Shown: positions 1-10,281, counted from the stretch's first letter. The stretch is DNA of 64,000 nt from a bacterium (GCA_963676395.1 OY781066.1:1152001-1216000), one strand, 5' to 3'. The notes: generated from the sequence alone by a model not told the origin. Translations and numbers: made by a program.

Positions 1-926
1 CTTTTCCATCGAAAATGATCCTTACTCCATTCGGGAGTATCACCTGATGGTTTACACCATACATCGGGTTCCGAGCCAATCCATTCTTTTATATCGTCTG
101 CCTGTGTTAAGTCAAGTTCAATCTCACTATCCATATCCGGATGACCACTCCATTGTTCTGCATGCCCCGATCTATCCGGCCAAACATTTTCTATATTTTC
201 TGAGTGTCCTCCACAATTCGAAGCATAGTATGCAGCCATAGTTTCCCCGTTTACAACTAAAACTTCACCACGAGTTTCAGAAACGGCTTTTTTTACCGCG
301 TCATTCGCTTTTGTGATACCCGAATAAACCTGGCAATAAATATCAGCGGTTAACATATGATGTTCACCAGCATATTTGCCTGTTTCAAGACCAATCGTAG
401 CTTCCGAGCGAGCACATAATGTCTGCGCCTTTAAAGCCTCTAAGGGTGCTGATGTGCCAATCTCTGATGGCACAACGCCCAATAAATAGGTTTCCATATC
501 AAGAATTGAAACCACATCGATCTTATTGTTCTCATTAATGAAAAACTCAAGATCTCCAAGATATTTCCGGTCTTCTTTTCCTTCCCAAAACCAACCGATA
601 CCATAAGGAACCGCTTTAATACCAATGGGATTATTTCTATCGCTATTCTTAATGGTTAATTCTGTACCCCTGATGAGAATTTTATCTTTTGAATCGATCA
701 ATCGCAATTCATTACCTTCAAGCGTAATCCTAAATTCTTTGTTGCCTCGAAGGTTGGCTTTTTTATCATTCTGATTTTTTAACTGAATTTTAGAACTGGA
801 ATTTAAATTAATGATATCTTCCGTATACATGATCCTGACCCTGACCTCAGGGTTTTCAGCATATAAAAACGAAATCGCAAATACCACAATCACAAATATG
901 ATCAATAAAGATTTTTTCTTCATCAT
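1..926 (-). CDS. SpoIID/LytB domain protein (peptidoglycan lytic transglycosylase family), 3' end runs off the window
   Basis: Not in the ORF track; translated by hand from ATG 926 (AAGGAG RBS). Signal peptide MMKKKSLLIIFVIVVFAISFLYA, then ETYLLGVVPSEIG..PLEALKAQTLCARS, CQVYSG, AVSETRGEVL and YYASNCGG, which are SpoIID/LytB motifs. Confidence 0.85.
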   Translation of the reverse strand, partial: MMKKKSLLIIFVIVVFAISFLYAENPEVRVRIMYTEDIINLNSSSKIQLKNQNDKKANLRGNKEFRITLEGNELRLIDSKDKILIRGTELTIKNSDRNNPIGIKAVPYGIGWFWEGKEDRKYLGDLEFFINENNKIDVVSILDMETYLLGVVPSEIGTSAPLEALKAQTLCARSEATIGLETGKYAGEHHMLTADIYCQVYSGITKANDAVKKAVSETRGEVLVVNGETMAAYYASNCGGHSENIENVWPDRSGHAEQWSGHPDMDSEIELDLTQADDIKEWIGSEPDVWCKPSGDTPEWSKDHFRWK

Positions 927-1081
927 TACTCCTTAATGTTAAGAGGAAATGTAATAAGAAAATGATCTTTATAAAAGAGTAAATCAATAGCCTGAGATTA
1001 AAATATAACTTCTTGAAACCTGACAAATGGATGGTTAAAATTATGCCAAGTTCGAAGTGATTTTAATTCGTTTAGTATTAA

Positions 1082-2023
1082 CTAAAACCTCTTCGTATAC
1101 CCATGACAATAAGGAAGGGTTCCTTTGCGGGTATAATAATCTTGATGGTAGTTTTCGGCCTCATAAAAGGGTTTTGCTTTAAGTACTTTGGTAGCAACTT
1201 TTAAACCCTTTTTCTCAAGAATATCAATCAAATTTTGAGCGACTGCTTTCTGCTCCTCGTCTTGATAAAAAACAGCTGATCTATATTGCTTACCAATATC
1301 AGGACCCTGACCGTTTTTTTGAGTAGGATCATGAATCTCAAAAAAGCGCTTGGCTATCGTTTCGTAATCTACAACCTTGGGATCAAAAACGATCTCAACC
1401 GCTTCATAGTGGCCGGTATGACGGTACAAAACATCTTGATAACTTGGGTTTTCCGTACGTCCACCGGTATACCCCGATACGACAGATTTTACACCATCAA
1501 GTTGTTGCATATAATACTCAACACCCCAAAAACAACCACCTGCAAAAATCGCTTTTTCTTCCAATTTTAAATCTCCCGGTATAAACTCCATCGAAATAGA
1601 ATTTACGCAATGTCGGGTGTTTTTTGGAGTGAAACCTTCACCCTTGAACACATGTCCCAAATGTCCTTTGCAATTGGCACAAATTATTTCGGTTCTCCTG
1701 CCATCAGCATCCGGCACATGCTCTACAGCCCCTTCAATTTCATCATCAAAACTTGGCCATCCGCAATGTGATTCAAATTTATCACTTGAATAGTATAAAG
1801 GTGTGCCACATTGCCTGCATACATAGGTACCTTCGCGTTTTTCGTTTAACAACTCACCGGTATATGGCCGTTCAGTACCTTTATCAAGTATAACATGCTT
1901 TTCGTTCTCATCTAAAATATTATATTTATTATCATTCATATCAGTCCCCTGAGATAAACTGACAACTAAAACTAATGCCAGTATAAATAAAAATAACTTG
2001 TTCATCGTTTTCGGACAGCTCAT
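1082..2023 (-). CDS. msrAB: Bifunctional methionine sulfoxide reductase MsrB-MsrA with N-terminal signal-like segment
   Basis: MsrB motifs GTERPY, CRQC, GWPSF, CANC, GHLGHVF, RHCVNS; MsrA motifs GGCFWG, YEAENYHQDYY. AGGAGG precedes ATG 2023. Confidence 0.93.
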   Translation of the reverse strand: MSCPKTMNKLFLFILALVLVVSLSQGTDMNDNKYNILDENEKHVILDKGTERPYTGELLNEKREGTYVCRQCGTPLYYSSDKFESHCGWPSFDDEIEGAVEHVPDADGRRTEIICANCKGHLGHVFKGEGFTPKNTRHCVNSISMEFIPGDLKLEEKAIFAGGCFWGVEYYMQQLDGVKSVVSGYTGGRTENPSYQDVLYRHTGHYEAVEIVFDPKVVDYETIAKRFFEIHDPTQKNGQGPDIGKQYRSAVFYQDEEQKAVAQNLIDILEKKGLKVATKVLKAKPFYEAENYHQDYYTRKGTLPYCHGYTKRF

Positions 2024-2084
2024 AACAGCCTCCTTTTTTAGGATTAAACGATACTCCAAGTTATTGTTCCCAATATAATTAGGT

Positions 2085-2456
2085 CTATTTTTTTAACAAT
2101 TCGTTTATTTTTTCAACAATCTCTGCACGCCTGATAGGTTTTGAAAAATAAGCATCAAATCCATCTTGAAGGATTTTTTCTTTTTCATTGTCCAGGGCAT
2201 ATGCGGTTTGTGCTATAATGGGAAGATCGGGACGAAGGGATTTTATTTGCTTCATTGCCGATCGACCATCAAGATAGGGCATTTTTATATCCATTAATAC
2301 AATATCAATCGCAGGATCATATTTGCACTTTTCAACTGCATCTTTGCCATTGTTTACCCCAACGAATTCAACTTGTCCGTCATTAAGTATTTCTTTCAGG
2401 TACTCGTGACTGACTCGATCATCTTCTGCAATTAGTATCTTTACCATAATTTTCAT
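2085..2456 (-). CDS. Stand-alone response regulator receiver (CheY-like)
   Basis: IAEDD, LMDIKMP (phospho-Asp), QTAYA, SKP. Confidence 0.9.
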   Translation of the reverse strand: MKIMVKILIAEDDRVSHEYLKEILNDGQVEFVGVNNGKDAVEKCKYDPAIDIVLMDIKMPYLDGRSAMKQIKSLRPDLPIIAQTAYALDNEKEKILQDGFDAYFSKPIRRAEIVEKINELLKK

Positions 2457-2642
2457 CCGCCTACATGTATTATTCTGCTAGAGGAATATAAAGATTCGAA
2501 TTCGAATTGAAAAGTTAATTTTCTAAAGTAAAAAATCATTATTGGATGTTCAATATTCGACATTCTCATGAGCGCTTTCCGAATAGCTATTGGTTATACA
2601 TCGAAAAAAAGTTATATTTAAAAGCTATCGAGAAAGGAAACC

Positions 2643-3683
2643 ATGCGCGCTGCAGTTTTTCACCATTCATATGAACCTCTTTCAATAGAAGATGTTGCCA
2701 TCCCAAGTGTGGGAACTCACGAGGTTAAAGTTAAAATACAGACTTGTTCTATCTGTCATACCGACATACAATTCATTGATCAAGGTATGGCCCCAAACAT
2801 GAAACCTCCAATCATTCTTGGTCATGAAATAGCAGGCATTATTGATGAAATAGGTCCCGAGGTTAAAAAATTCAAGCCCGGAGACAGGGTGATTATTCCC
2901 GCAACAATTACCTGTAACACATGCCTTGCCTGTAAATCATGGAACGAAACTCATTGTGAAAATATCAAACGCATTGGTATAGATACCAATGGCGGCTTTA
3001 CCGAATATATCGTTGTACCGGATTTTCATCCCTATCGTTTGCCATATGAATATACTTTTGAAGCCGGCTCACTTATATCGAATGTTCTTGTTGGTGCCTA
3101 TCATGTAGTATTTGACCGTATTAATATTCGGGCAGGAGAAAAGGTCGTTGTATTTGGAGCAGGTGGTTTTGGCCTGAGCATCCTTCAAATGGCTAAGCTA
3201 AAAGAAGCCAAAGTCACGGTTGTAGATATTTTTGACTGGAAACTTGCCGAAGCAAAAAAACTTGGTGCAGATCACATCCTCAATTCAAATAAAGTTAATG
3301 TCTGTGAAGAAGCGGTTATTGATACGGTTGGCGGTAAGCCCGATATCGTGATTGAAACCATCGGAGCTCCACGTACACTATTACAATCAATGAATGCACT
3401 CAAGAAAGGTGGCCGTCTGGTATTATGTGGTCTTACAGATCATTCATTACCATTCTTGATCGACAGGGTTATAGAGAACGAGATCTCTCTGATCGGTGCT
3501 TCTGGAGCGCCCAGAAGAAAAATTCCCGAGATTATACATTTACTCGAAGACGGAAAAATCACCTTGGACCACATGGTAACAAAACGTTTTGATCTGGAAC
3601 ATATCAATGAAGCAATTAATACACTACGCATGGGGCAAACAATAAGAACAATGATTTACCCCTTTGGTGTCGATAATAAATAG
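2643..3683 (+). CDS. Zinc-dependent medium-chain alcohol dehydrogenase
   Basis: ICHTD, LGHE, structural Zn motif CNTCLAC-x7-C, Rossmann motif GAGGFG. Confidence 0.9.
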   Translation: MRAAVFHHSYEPLSIEDVAIPSVGTHEVKVKIQTCSICHTDIQFIDQGMAPNMKPPIILGHEIAGIIDEIGPEVKKFKPGDRVIIPATITCNTCLACKSWNETHCENIKRIGIDTNGGFTEYIVVPDFHPYRLPYEYTFEAGSLISNVLVGAYHVVFDRINIRAGEKVVVFGAGGFGLSILQMAKLKEAKVTVVDIFDWKLAEAKKLGADHILNSNKVNVCEEAVIDTVGGKPDIVIETIGAPRTLLQSMNALKKGGRLVLCGLTDHSLPFLIDRVIENEISLIGASGAPRRKIPEIIHLLEDGKITLDHMVTKRFDLEHINEAINTLRMGQTIRTMIYPFGVDNK

Positions 3684-3691
3684 GAAGAAGA

Positions 3692-4432
3692 ATGAAAAGA
3701 CTGGTAATTATCCCAACTTACAACGAAAAAGCCAATATTTCTAAATTGGTTAGCAAGATCCAGGCTCAAAAAATCGATGATTTGGATATTTTATTTATTG
3801 ATGATAATTCTCCCGACGGAACCGGAGAAATCTTAAAATCATTTCAAAAAGACAATTCAAATTTAAAATTGATCCAGCGCCCGGGCAAACTCGGTTTAGG
3901 GACAGCTTACATCATGGGTTTTAAATACGGACTTGAAAACGGATACGACCAGATCGCTCAAATGGATGCTGACTTTTCTCATAACCCTTCTGACCTTGTC
4001 CCTTTATTTGAAGAAGCGGAAAAACACGATTGGGTAATCGGCTCACGCTATGTCTCCGGCGTTAATGTGGTCAATTGGCCCATGCGCCGACTTTTCCTTT
4101 CAAAAGGAGCCAATGTTTATACTCAACTCATCACCGGTTTACCCATCAAAGACGGAACCGCCGGTTTTAAATGTTGGAATCGCAGAGTTCTTGAAACTAT
4201 AGATCTCGATGCGGTACAATCTCGTGGTTATTCTTTTCAAATAGAAATGAATTTTCGCGCATGGAAAGCTGGTTTCAAATCACATGAACACTCTATTGTT
4301 TTCATCGATCGTACCGTTGGCGAATCTAAGATGTCAAAAAATATTATTTGGGAAGCCATCTTCATGGTATGGAAACTATTATTCTGGAACATATTCGGAA
4401 AAATAAAAACCGTTAAACACATAGATGCCTAA
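3692..4432 (+). CDS. Polyprenol monophosphomannose synthase-like GT2 glycosyltransferase
   Basis: IPTYNE, DDNSPDGT, GKLGLGTAY, QMDADFSH, GSRY, GYSFQIEM. Confidence 0.9.
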   Translation: MKRLVIIPTYNEKANISKLVSKIQAQKIDDLDILFIDDNSPDGTGEILKSFQKDNSNLKLIQRPGKLGLGTAYIMGFKYGLENGYDQIAQMDADFSHNPSDLVPLFEEAEKHDWVIGSRYVSGVNVVNWPMRRLFLSKGANVYTQLITGLPIKDGTAGFKCWNRRVLETIDLDAVQSRGYSFQIEMNFRAWKAGFKSHEHSIVFIDRTVGESKMSKNIIWEAIFMVWKLLFWNIFGKIKTVKHIDA

Positions 4433-6458
4433 TCCCAACATATCCGTCATCATCGTTTCATATAATGTAAAAGGCTTTTTACAGCACTGTATTAATTCGG
4501 TAAAAAAAGCTTCTGAAGGTCTTGATGTTGAGCTTTTTGTCGTGGATAATAATTCTATTGACGGAACCGGAGAAATGGTCAAGAAAAACTTCCCTGATGT
4601 TCATTTCATTGGTAATTCTGTAAATTATGGCTTTGGAAAAGCAAACAACCAAGCATTGAAGCTTTCAAAAGGCAAATATGTTCTTTTTCTTAATCCCGAT
4701 ACCTTGATCGAAGAAAATACATTAAAAGTCTTTGTTGATTTTATGGACCAAAACCCTAAAGTGGGAATGGTGGGACCAAAAATTCTCAATTCAGACGGAA
4801 CCCTTCAATTGGCCTGCCGCAGATCCTTTCCTTCTCCGGGAGTTGCCTTGCCCAAACTTTTGGGTTTAAGCACCCTTTTTCCCAGGCACAAAAAATTCGG
4901 TAAATACAATCTCACCTATTTAGATCCGGATGAATCTTACCCGGTGGATGCCATAAGTGGTTCTTTTATGTTTTGTCACGGTGATTTAATCAGAGAACTC
5001 AAGGGGTTTGACGAAGATTTCTTTATGTATGGTGAAGATTTGGACCTTTGTCGTCGTGTTCAATTAAAAGGTTATCATGTATATTATTTACCCGATACAA
5101 CCATTATTCATCACAAAGGTGAAAGCTCAAAATCAGCTCCTTTTGACAGCCTTCTTGCTTTTTACAAAGCGATGGACATTTTTTTCAGAAAGCATTTTTC
5201 ATCCCTGTTCTCATTTATTACCACACTTTTCTTCAGATTTGGTATCGTCGCCCATTTGACCTTAAACTTTCTTGGAAAGGCAATGAGTCTTTTAAAGCGA
5301 CCCTTTTTAGATTCGATCATTATTTCAATGTCTCTTCTTTTCGGTATGCTAATCCGCTTTTCTGAAAATCTCTTGAAAGAATTTTTACATTTCTTTCCGG
5401 TACTGGGAATTTACCTGCTCATATATTTATCTTTCTTGATATTGGGAGGAGCATATCGTCGATCAAAACAATATGATTTTATTCGAGCGGCGGCCAGCTT
5501 GATACCGGGATTTATTGTTAATGGTTTTCTAACATTCTTTTTTGTGCCCTCTGCTCAATCACGTATCGTATATGTTATTTCTTTTGCCTTTATTCTTATA
5601 TTGCTCCCGGCTTGGCGTATTATCGCCTCACGCCGAAAAAGCAAACATTATCAGGAACACTCCGAAGCCGCACGAAGAACTTTGGTTATTGGTGCCGGTA
5701 AAGAAGGTCATATCATTGCCAATACATTAGCCCAGCATCCTCAATTGGGTTATCTTTTTGTAGGCTTTGCCGATAAAGATCTAAGTCATCCTAAGACAAT
5801 CGGCTCTACAAAAGATCTTTCTCTTTTAGTGCGATCCAGAGGTATTGACCATGTTATTTTCTCATCGGATGTCTTTAGTCTTGCCGAAATCATTTCCATG
5901 ATGGCCGAATTGGCGCATTTCCCGATCAGCATTAAAATCATTCCCGAAAAAGAAAACATGATCTTCGGAAAAGCTGCAATAGAAAGCTTGGAAGATATTT
6001 CGCTGGTAGAAATGGAATATACTATATTAAAACCCTCGTGGGCATTTGCAAAAAGATTAACGGACATTGTCGTTTCACTTCTTTTGATCCTCGTTCTTGC
6101 TTGCTTAGCTTTTCCCTCTAAATGGCTTTCCGGTTCCAAATATATTCGCTTTTCAGAGGATATTCCCAAAGGAAAGATCTGGCGCAAGAAAAAAAACAAT
6201 AAAGAACCCTGGTTATATTGGTATCCCATGCTTTTTTCCGTGCTCAGAGGAAAAATGACAATTGTTGGAGATCTGAAAAACATACCCAAGGGATCGAAAC
6301 GGTTTTATAAACCCGGCATAACCAGTATCATGCGTTCTGAAAAACCTTCATTACCCTCTCCTGAAGAACATGAAAGATTTATCCATTATTACATGAGCAA
6401 TTTTTCTTTCGTTTTAGATGCTGAGATTATCTTTAAAACTCTGGCGGTAAATAAATAA
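4425..6458 (+). CDS. GT2 glycosyltransferase fused to membrane, CoA-binding-like and degenerate sugar-transferase domains
   Basis: N-terminal IVSYN, VDNNSIDG, FLNPD, FFMYGEDLDLC; TM helices; LVIGAG Rossmann-like; KRLTDIVVSL and GKMTIVG/KPGIT resemble WcaJ/WbaP C-terminal motifs. Confidence 0.8.
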   Translation: MPNPNISVIIVSYNVKGFLQHCINSVKKASEGLDVELFVVDNNSIDGTGEMVKKNFPDVHFIGNSVNYGFGKANNQALKLSKGKYVLFLNPDTLIEENTLKVFVDFMDQNPKVGMVGPKILNSDGTLQLACRRSFPSPGVALPKLLGLSTLFPRHKKFGKYNLTYLDPDESYPVDAISGSFMFCHGDLIRELKGFDEDFFMYGEDLDLCRRVQLKGYHVYYLPDTTIIHHKGESSKSAPFDSLLAFYKAMDIFFRKHFSSLFSFITTLFFRFGIVAHLTLNFLGKAMSLLKRPFLDSIIISMSLLFGMLIRFSENLLKEFLHFFPVLGIYLLIYLSFLILGGAYRRSKQYDFIRAAASLIPGFIVNGFLTFFFVPSAQSRIVYVISFAFILILLPAWRIIASRRKSKHYQEHSEAARRTLVIGAGKEGHIIANTLAQHPQLGYLFVGFADKDLSHPKTIGSTKDLSLLVRSRGIDHVIFSSDVFSLAEIISMMAELAHFPISIKIIPEKENMIFGKAAIESLEDISLVEMEYTILKPSWAFAKRLTDIVVSLLLILVLACLAFPSKWLSGSKYIRFSEDIPKGKIWRKKKNNKEPWLYWYPMLFSVLRGKMTIVGDLKNIPKGSKRFYKPGITSIMRSEKPSLPSPEEHERFIHYYMSNFSFVLDAEIIFKTLAVNK

Positions 6459-6778
6459 TCATTTACCACTAGGGCGCAATATGAAAAAATTGTTCCTGTA
6501 TTGGCAGCTCTTTTATCATCTTGTATCCATTATATAAACCGAATAACAATCCAACAAACGGCATTATGATCAAGTGTGCTCGCCTGCTTGAAAAATATGA
6601 ATATTATTCCTGAGCCGGAAGTATTCGGGCATAGCCGATACATAACAGATCATTTGAATTATCATCACTTTTATGTGAGCGATCAATCTGAAAAAATCGT
6701 ATTCAATGCCATAGACCCACAACTCAAAAATCATAAACGTGATTGTTTTTTATGAAATTTATTTCATGTAATTAAATC

Positions 6779-7756
6779 CTACAAACCCAACAAGTAAGCA
6801 AAAATCAATGGAGCTACAATTGTGGCATCAGATTCAATAATAAATTTAGGCGTATCGATACCTAATTTACCCCAGGTTATCTTTTCGTTAGGTACCGCCC
6901 CGGAATACGATCCGTAACTCGTTGTAGAATCAGATATCTGGCAAAAATAACTCCAAAAGGGTGTGTCGGTTCTTTCAAGATCCTGATACAACATTGGCAC
7001 AACACAAATAGGAAAGTCTCCGGCTATTCCCCCACCGATCTGAAAAAAACCAATTTGATTTGTTTCGGTGTTTTTTGTATACCAATCTGCCAATTGGATC
7101 ATGTATTCGATTCCAGATTTAACTGTTGATGGTTTTAGCTGACCTTTTATACAATAAGAAGCAAAAATGTTACCCATGGTTGAATCTTCCCATCCGGGAA
7201 CAATGATAGGTAAATTCTTTTCGGCTGCAGCAAGCATCCAACTATTTTTAGGATCTATTTCATAATATTGGTCAAGCACACCGGATAGCAACATCTTATA
7301 CATATATTCATGGGGAAAAAATCGTTCTCCCTTGCTCTCGGCATTTATCCAAATTTCAAATATATGGGACTGTAGACGGCGAAAAGCTTCCTCTTCGGGA
7401 ATACAGGTATCAGTAACCCGATTTAAGCCTTTTTCCAATAAATTCCACTCGTCTTCGGGTGACAGGTCGCGATACTGTGGAACTCGTTTATAATGCGAAT
7501 GTGCAACAAGATTCATTAGATCCTCTTCTAGATTCGCTCCGGTACACGTAATAATTTGAACTTTATCCTGCCGTATCATCTCTGCCAACGAAATACCAAG
7601 CTCCGCCGTACTCATTGCTCCGGCTAATGTGATCATCATTTTATTGCCTGTTTCTAACTGCTCTTCATAAGCTTTTGCCGCATCCACAACGGTTGCGGAA
7701 TTAAAATGCTTATAGTGCTTAAGCATAAATTGAGTAATTGCACCTTTTTTATTCAT
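6779..7756 (-). CDS. Deoxyhypusine synthase-like protein (probable homospermidine synthase, SpeY-like)
   Basis: GAMSTAELG, CTGANLEED, QIGGGIAG, YGSYSGA, EKITWGK (catalytic Lys), ESDATIVAP. Start re-placed at ATG 7756, overlapping the speB stop. Confidence 0.88.
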   Translation of the reverse strand: MNKKGAITQFMLKHYKHFNSATVVDAAKAYEEQLETGNKMMITLAGAMSTAELGISLAEMIRQDKVQIITCTGANLEEDLMNLVAHSHYKRVPQYRDLSPEDEWNLLEKGLNRVTDTCIPEEEAFRRLQSHIFEIWINAESKGERFFPHEYMYKMLLSGVLDQYYEIDPKNSWMLAAAEKNLPIIVPGWEDSTMGNIFASYCIKGQLKPSTVKSGIEYMIQLADWYTKNTETNQIGFFQIGGGIAGDFPICVVPMLYQDLERTDTPFWSYFCQISDSTTSYGSYSGAVPNEKITWGKLGIDTPKFIIESDATIVAPLIFAYLLGL

Positions 7757-8612
7757 CGTTTTTACCTTTTTTAAATTTATAGGATAACATTTTATAGTAT
7801 AATTTTGCCACAAGAAAATCAGATGCCGGTTGGTTGGATATAGGAGCCAACTCAACAAGATCAAATCCCAACACATTCCGATTATTGAAAACTGCTTTCA
7901 TAAGATCGAGCACCTCATGCCAAAGAAGCCCACCCGGTTCGGGTGTTCCGGTGGCAGGCATGATCGAGGGATCAAAAACATCAAGATCCAATGTTATGTA
8001 TACCTCGGAACCAAGTTTTGATAATACATCATTGATCCAACTTTTATTAAGACGAAGATCCTGAGCAAAAAAACATTTATCTACATTAAGATATTCCTTT
8101 TCGGAAACATCCATGCTGCGAATTCCAACTTGAATTAAATTGGTCTTTTGTCCCGCTTCATGTAAAGCGCATGCGTGATTATAGGGAGTATCCATATAGA
8201 CATCTCTCAGGTCAGCATGAGCATCAAGATGCAAAATGCTTATATCGGGGTACACCTCCCTAAACGCCCGCATCACACCAATACTGATAGAATGCTCACC
8301 TCCAAAAAAGGTAAGGAACTTACCACTCGATATCAGCTCCTTTGTTTTATTATACACTGCCAATACCATTGCCTCGGGTGAGCTATCCTCTGTTATTGGA
8401 GGTAAAATATGAATCCCGCTCTTATAAACCTCACTGTCTGTTTCGATATCATAGAGTTCCATGTTTTCGGCGGCATCAAGAAATGCATCAAATCCTTGGT
8501 CCGCACCCTTTCCCCAAGTGCTTGTACCATCATAAGGAATAGATTGCAGTAAGGTTTTTGCAGTTTTAAAGTATGTGTATTTTTTGTCAATACCGGCAAA
8601 TTCTCTTATCAT
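7749..8612 (-). CDS. speB: Agmatinase
   Basis: Ureohydrolase motifs GGEHSIS, DAHADLR, DLDVFDP, GTPEPGG, DLVELAP. Confidence 0.92.
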   Translation of the reverse strand: MIREFAGIDKKYTYFKTAKTLLQSIPYDGTSTWGKGADQGFDAFLDAAENMELYDIETDSEVYKSGIHILPPITEDSSPEAMVLAVYNKTKELISSGKFLTFFGGEHSISIGVMRAFREVYPDISILHLDAHADLRDVYMDTPYNHACALHEAGQKTNLIQVGIRSMDVSEKEYLNVDKCFFAQDLRLNKSWINDVLSKLGSEVYITLDLDVFDPSIMPATGTPEPGGLLWHEVLDLMKAVFNNRNVLGFDLVELAPISNQPASDFLVAKLYYKMLSYKFKKGKNDE

Positions 8613-10015
8613 TTATCATACCCCAATATTTTAAACATTTCTTTGGCAGATTGCTCTTCGCGATAAACATGATGAGTAAAATTTCCTTTTTCATCGCGAT
8701 TTATGATCACATGTTTGGGAGAAGGTATTAAACAATGTTTTATTCCTCCATATCCGCTAATAGAATCCTGATAAGCGCCGGTATGGAAAAAACCAATATA
8801 TAGGGGTTCCTTGTCATCTTCGGAATATTTTGGAAGTAATATTTCTTGATTAAGGTCTTCTGAATTATAGTAATCAGAATGATCACAACTGATCCCACCT
8901 ATATTTACTCGTTGATATTCATTATTCCATTTATTAAGCGGTAACAAAATAAATTTTTCATGAATACTCCATGCGTCTGGGATCGTATTCATCAAACTAT
9001 TATTAATAATATACCATGCTTCAGCATCATTTTGTTTTTTCTGTTCCAATACCTTAAAAATTATTGCACCCGCCTCTCCAACGGTATATTTTCCAAATTC
9101 GGTGTATATATCGGGCTCTAAAACATTCTCTTGTTCACATGTTGTTTTGATGGTCTCAATAATAGTATTGATCATGTATTCATAGTTATATTCAAAACCC
9201 AAATGATTTCTAATCGGAAATCCTCCACCTAAATTAAATGAATCTAGCGATTCGCTCTCTTTTTTAAGTTCAATATATAACTTTAAAGCTTTTTGAAATT
9301 CACCCCAATAATAAAGCGTATCCTTAATGCCGGTATCCACAAAAAAATGCAACATTTTAAGTTCAACATTCTGGTCGTTTGTTATATTTTCTTTATAAAA
9401 ATCAAGTATTTCTTTATGTGGAATTCCAAGTCGAGAAGTATAATAAGCAGATTGAGCCTGTTCATTGACAGCCATTCGAATTCCAATTTTAAATTTATGC
9501 CCAGGTCGTATTTTTTTAATACGCAATAGTTCCTTTTTGCTATCTAATACAAGAATAGAATTCACAAATCCGGATTCCTGAAGCGCAATGATCTTTTCAA
9601 GATATTCATCCGTTTTGTAACCATTATGGATGATCGTACGCTCTTTATTTATTTTACCATCTTCAAGCAATTGTAAAATCAAGTCAATATCGTAAGCTGA
9701 AGAAGTCTCAATATTTACATCATGTTTCATGGCCTCATTGATTACATGATAAAAATGATTACATTTTGTACAATAACAATAATGATATCGACCTCTATAC
9801 TTAAACTTTTTAATAGATCTATTAAACAAATTGCGAGCCTTTTTTATCTGATCTCCAATTTTAGGAAGATAAATAAAACGGAAAGGTGTTCCATACTCTT
9901 CAACTAAATATTTAAGTGATACTCCATGGAATGTTAAAAATCCATCTCGTATATCAAAACCCTCTTGTGGAAAATAAAAACTTTGATCAATAAGATCAAA
10001 ATATGTGTTCTTCAT
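8609..10015 (-). CDS. speA: Arginine decarboxylase (alanine-racemase fold, Bacteroidota-type short form)
   Basis: YCYCTKCNH (PLP Lys), ETSSAYD, YTSRLG, LGGGFP, TEFGKY, CDHSDYY, HTGAYQ; directly upstream of speB with ATGA overlap. Confidence 0.85.
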   Translation of the reverse strand: MKNTYFDLIDQSFYFPQEGFDIRDGFLTFHGVSLKYLVEEYGTPFRFIYLPKIGDQIKKARNLFNRSIKKFKYRGRYHYCYCTKCNHFYHVINEAMKHDVNIETSSAYDIDLILQLLEDGKINKERTIIHNGYKTDEYLEKIIALQESGFVNSILVLDSKKELLRIKKIRPGHKFKIGIRMAVNEQAQSAYYTSRLGIPHKEILDFYKENITNDQNVELKMLHFFVDTGIKDTLYYWGEFQKALKLYIELKKESESLDSFNLGGGFPIRNHLGFEYNYEYMINTIIETIKTTCEQENVLEPDIYTEFGKYTVGEAGAIIFKVLEQKKQNDAEAWYIINNSLMNTIPDAWSIHEKFILLPLNKWNNEYQRVNIGGISCDHSDYYNSEDLNQEILLPKYSEDDKEPLYIGFFHTGAYQDSISGYGGIKHCLIPSPKHVIINRDEKGNFTHHVYREEQSAKEMFKILGYDK

Positions 10016-10194
10016 TAATGTTATTCCCTTTAATTTTCCTTTAATTATTAATACGTCTTTCTCTTCTTGAGATCTATTAAATATGTTTTTTATTCCTATT
10101 TTAACTTGTTGGTACTATGGCGTCGCGCCATTTAAACGAATATATTTATATGCATGTTTTTTTACAACAAAATTGAATATAATTTTTATTGTAT

Positions 10195-10226
10195 AAAAAA
10201 ACCGACCACCCAAAGGCGGCCGATTC
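10195..10226 (-). terminator. Probable intrinsic terminator
   Basis: Minus strand AATCGGCCGCC-TTTG-GGTGGTCGGTT followed by a T-run. Confidence 0.6.
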
Positions 10227-10281
10227 TTATATATAACAGAAGTTGCGTTAAGTCTATGTCATTCTAGTCGGGTGACATTTT

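Noticed and set aside
47..625. Short ORFs 47-241 (+) and 440-625 (-), and the many 60-170 aa ORFs elsewhere that overlap well-supported genes
   Set aside because: Antisense or off-frame shadows of recognisable CDSs (here the SpoIID/LytB gene); no motifs or RBS
6459..6778. 320-bp spacer with a frame interrupted by one TGA (…LAALLSSC…, MNIIPEPEV…), suggesting a pseudogene or readthrough
   Set aside because: No recognisable homology or convincing start; cannot be supported without a translated search
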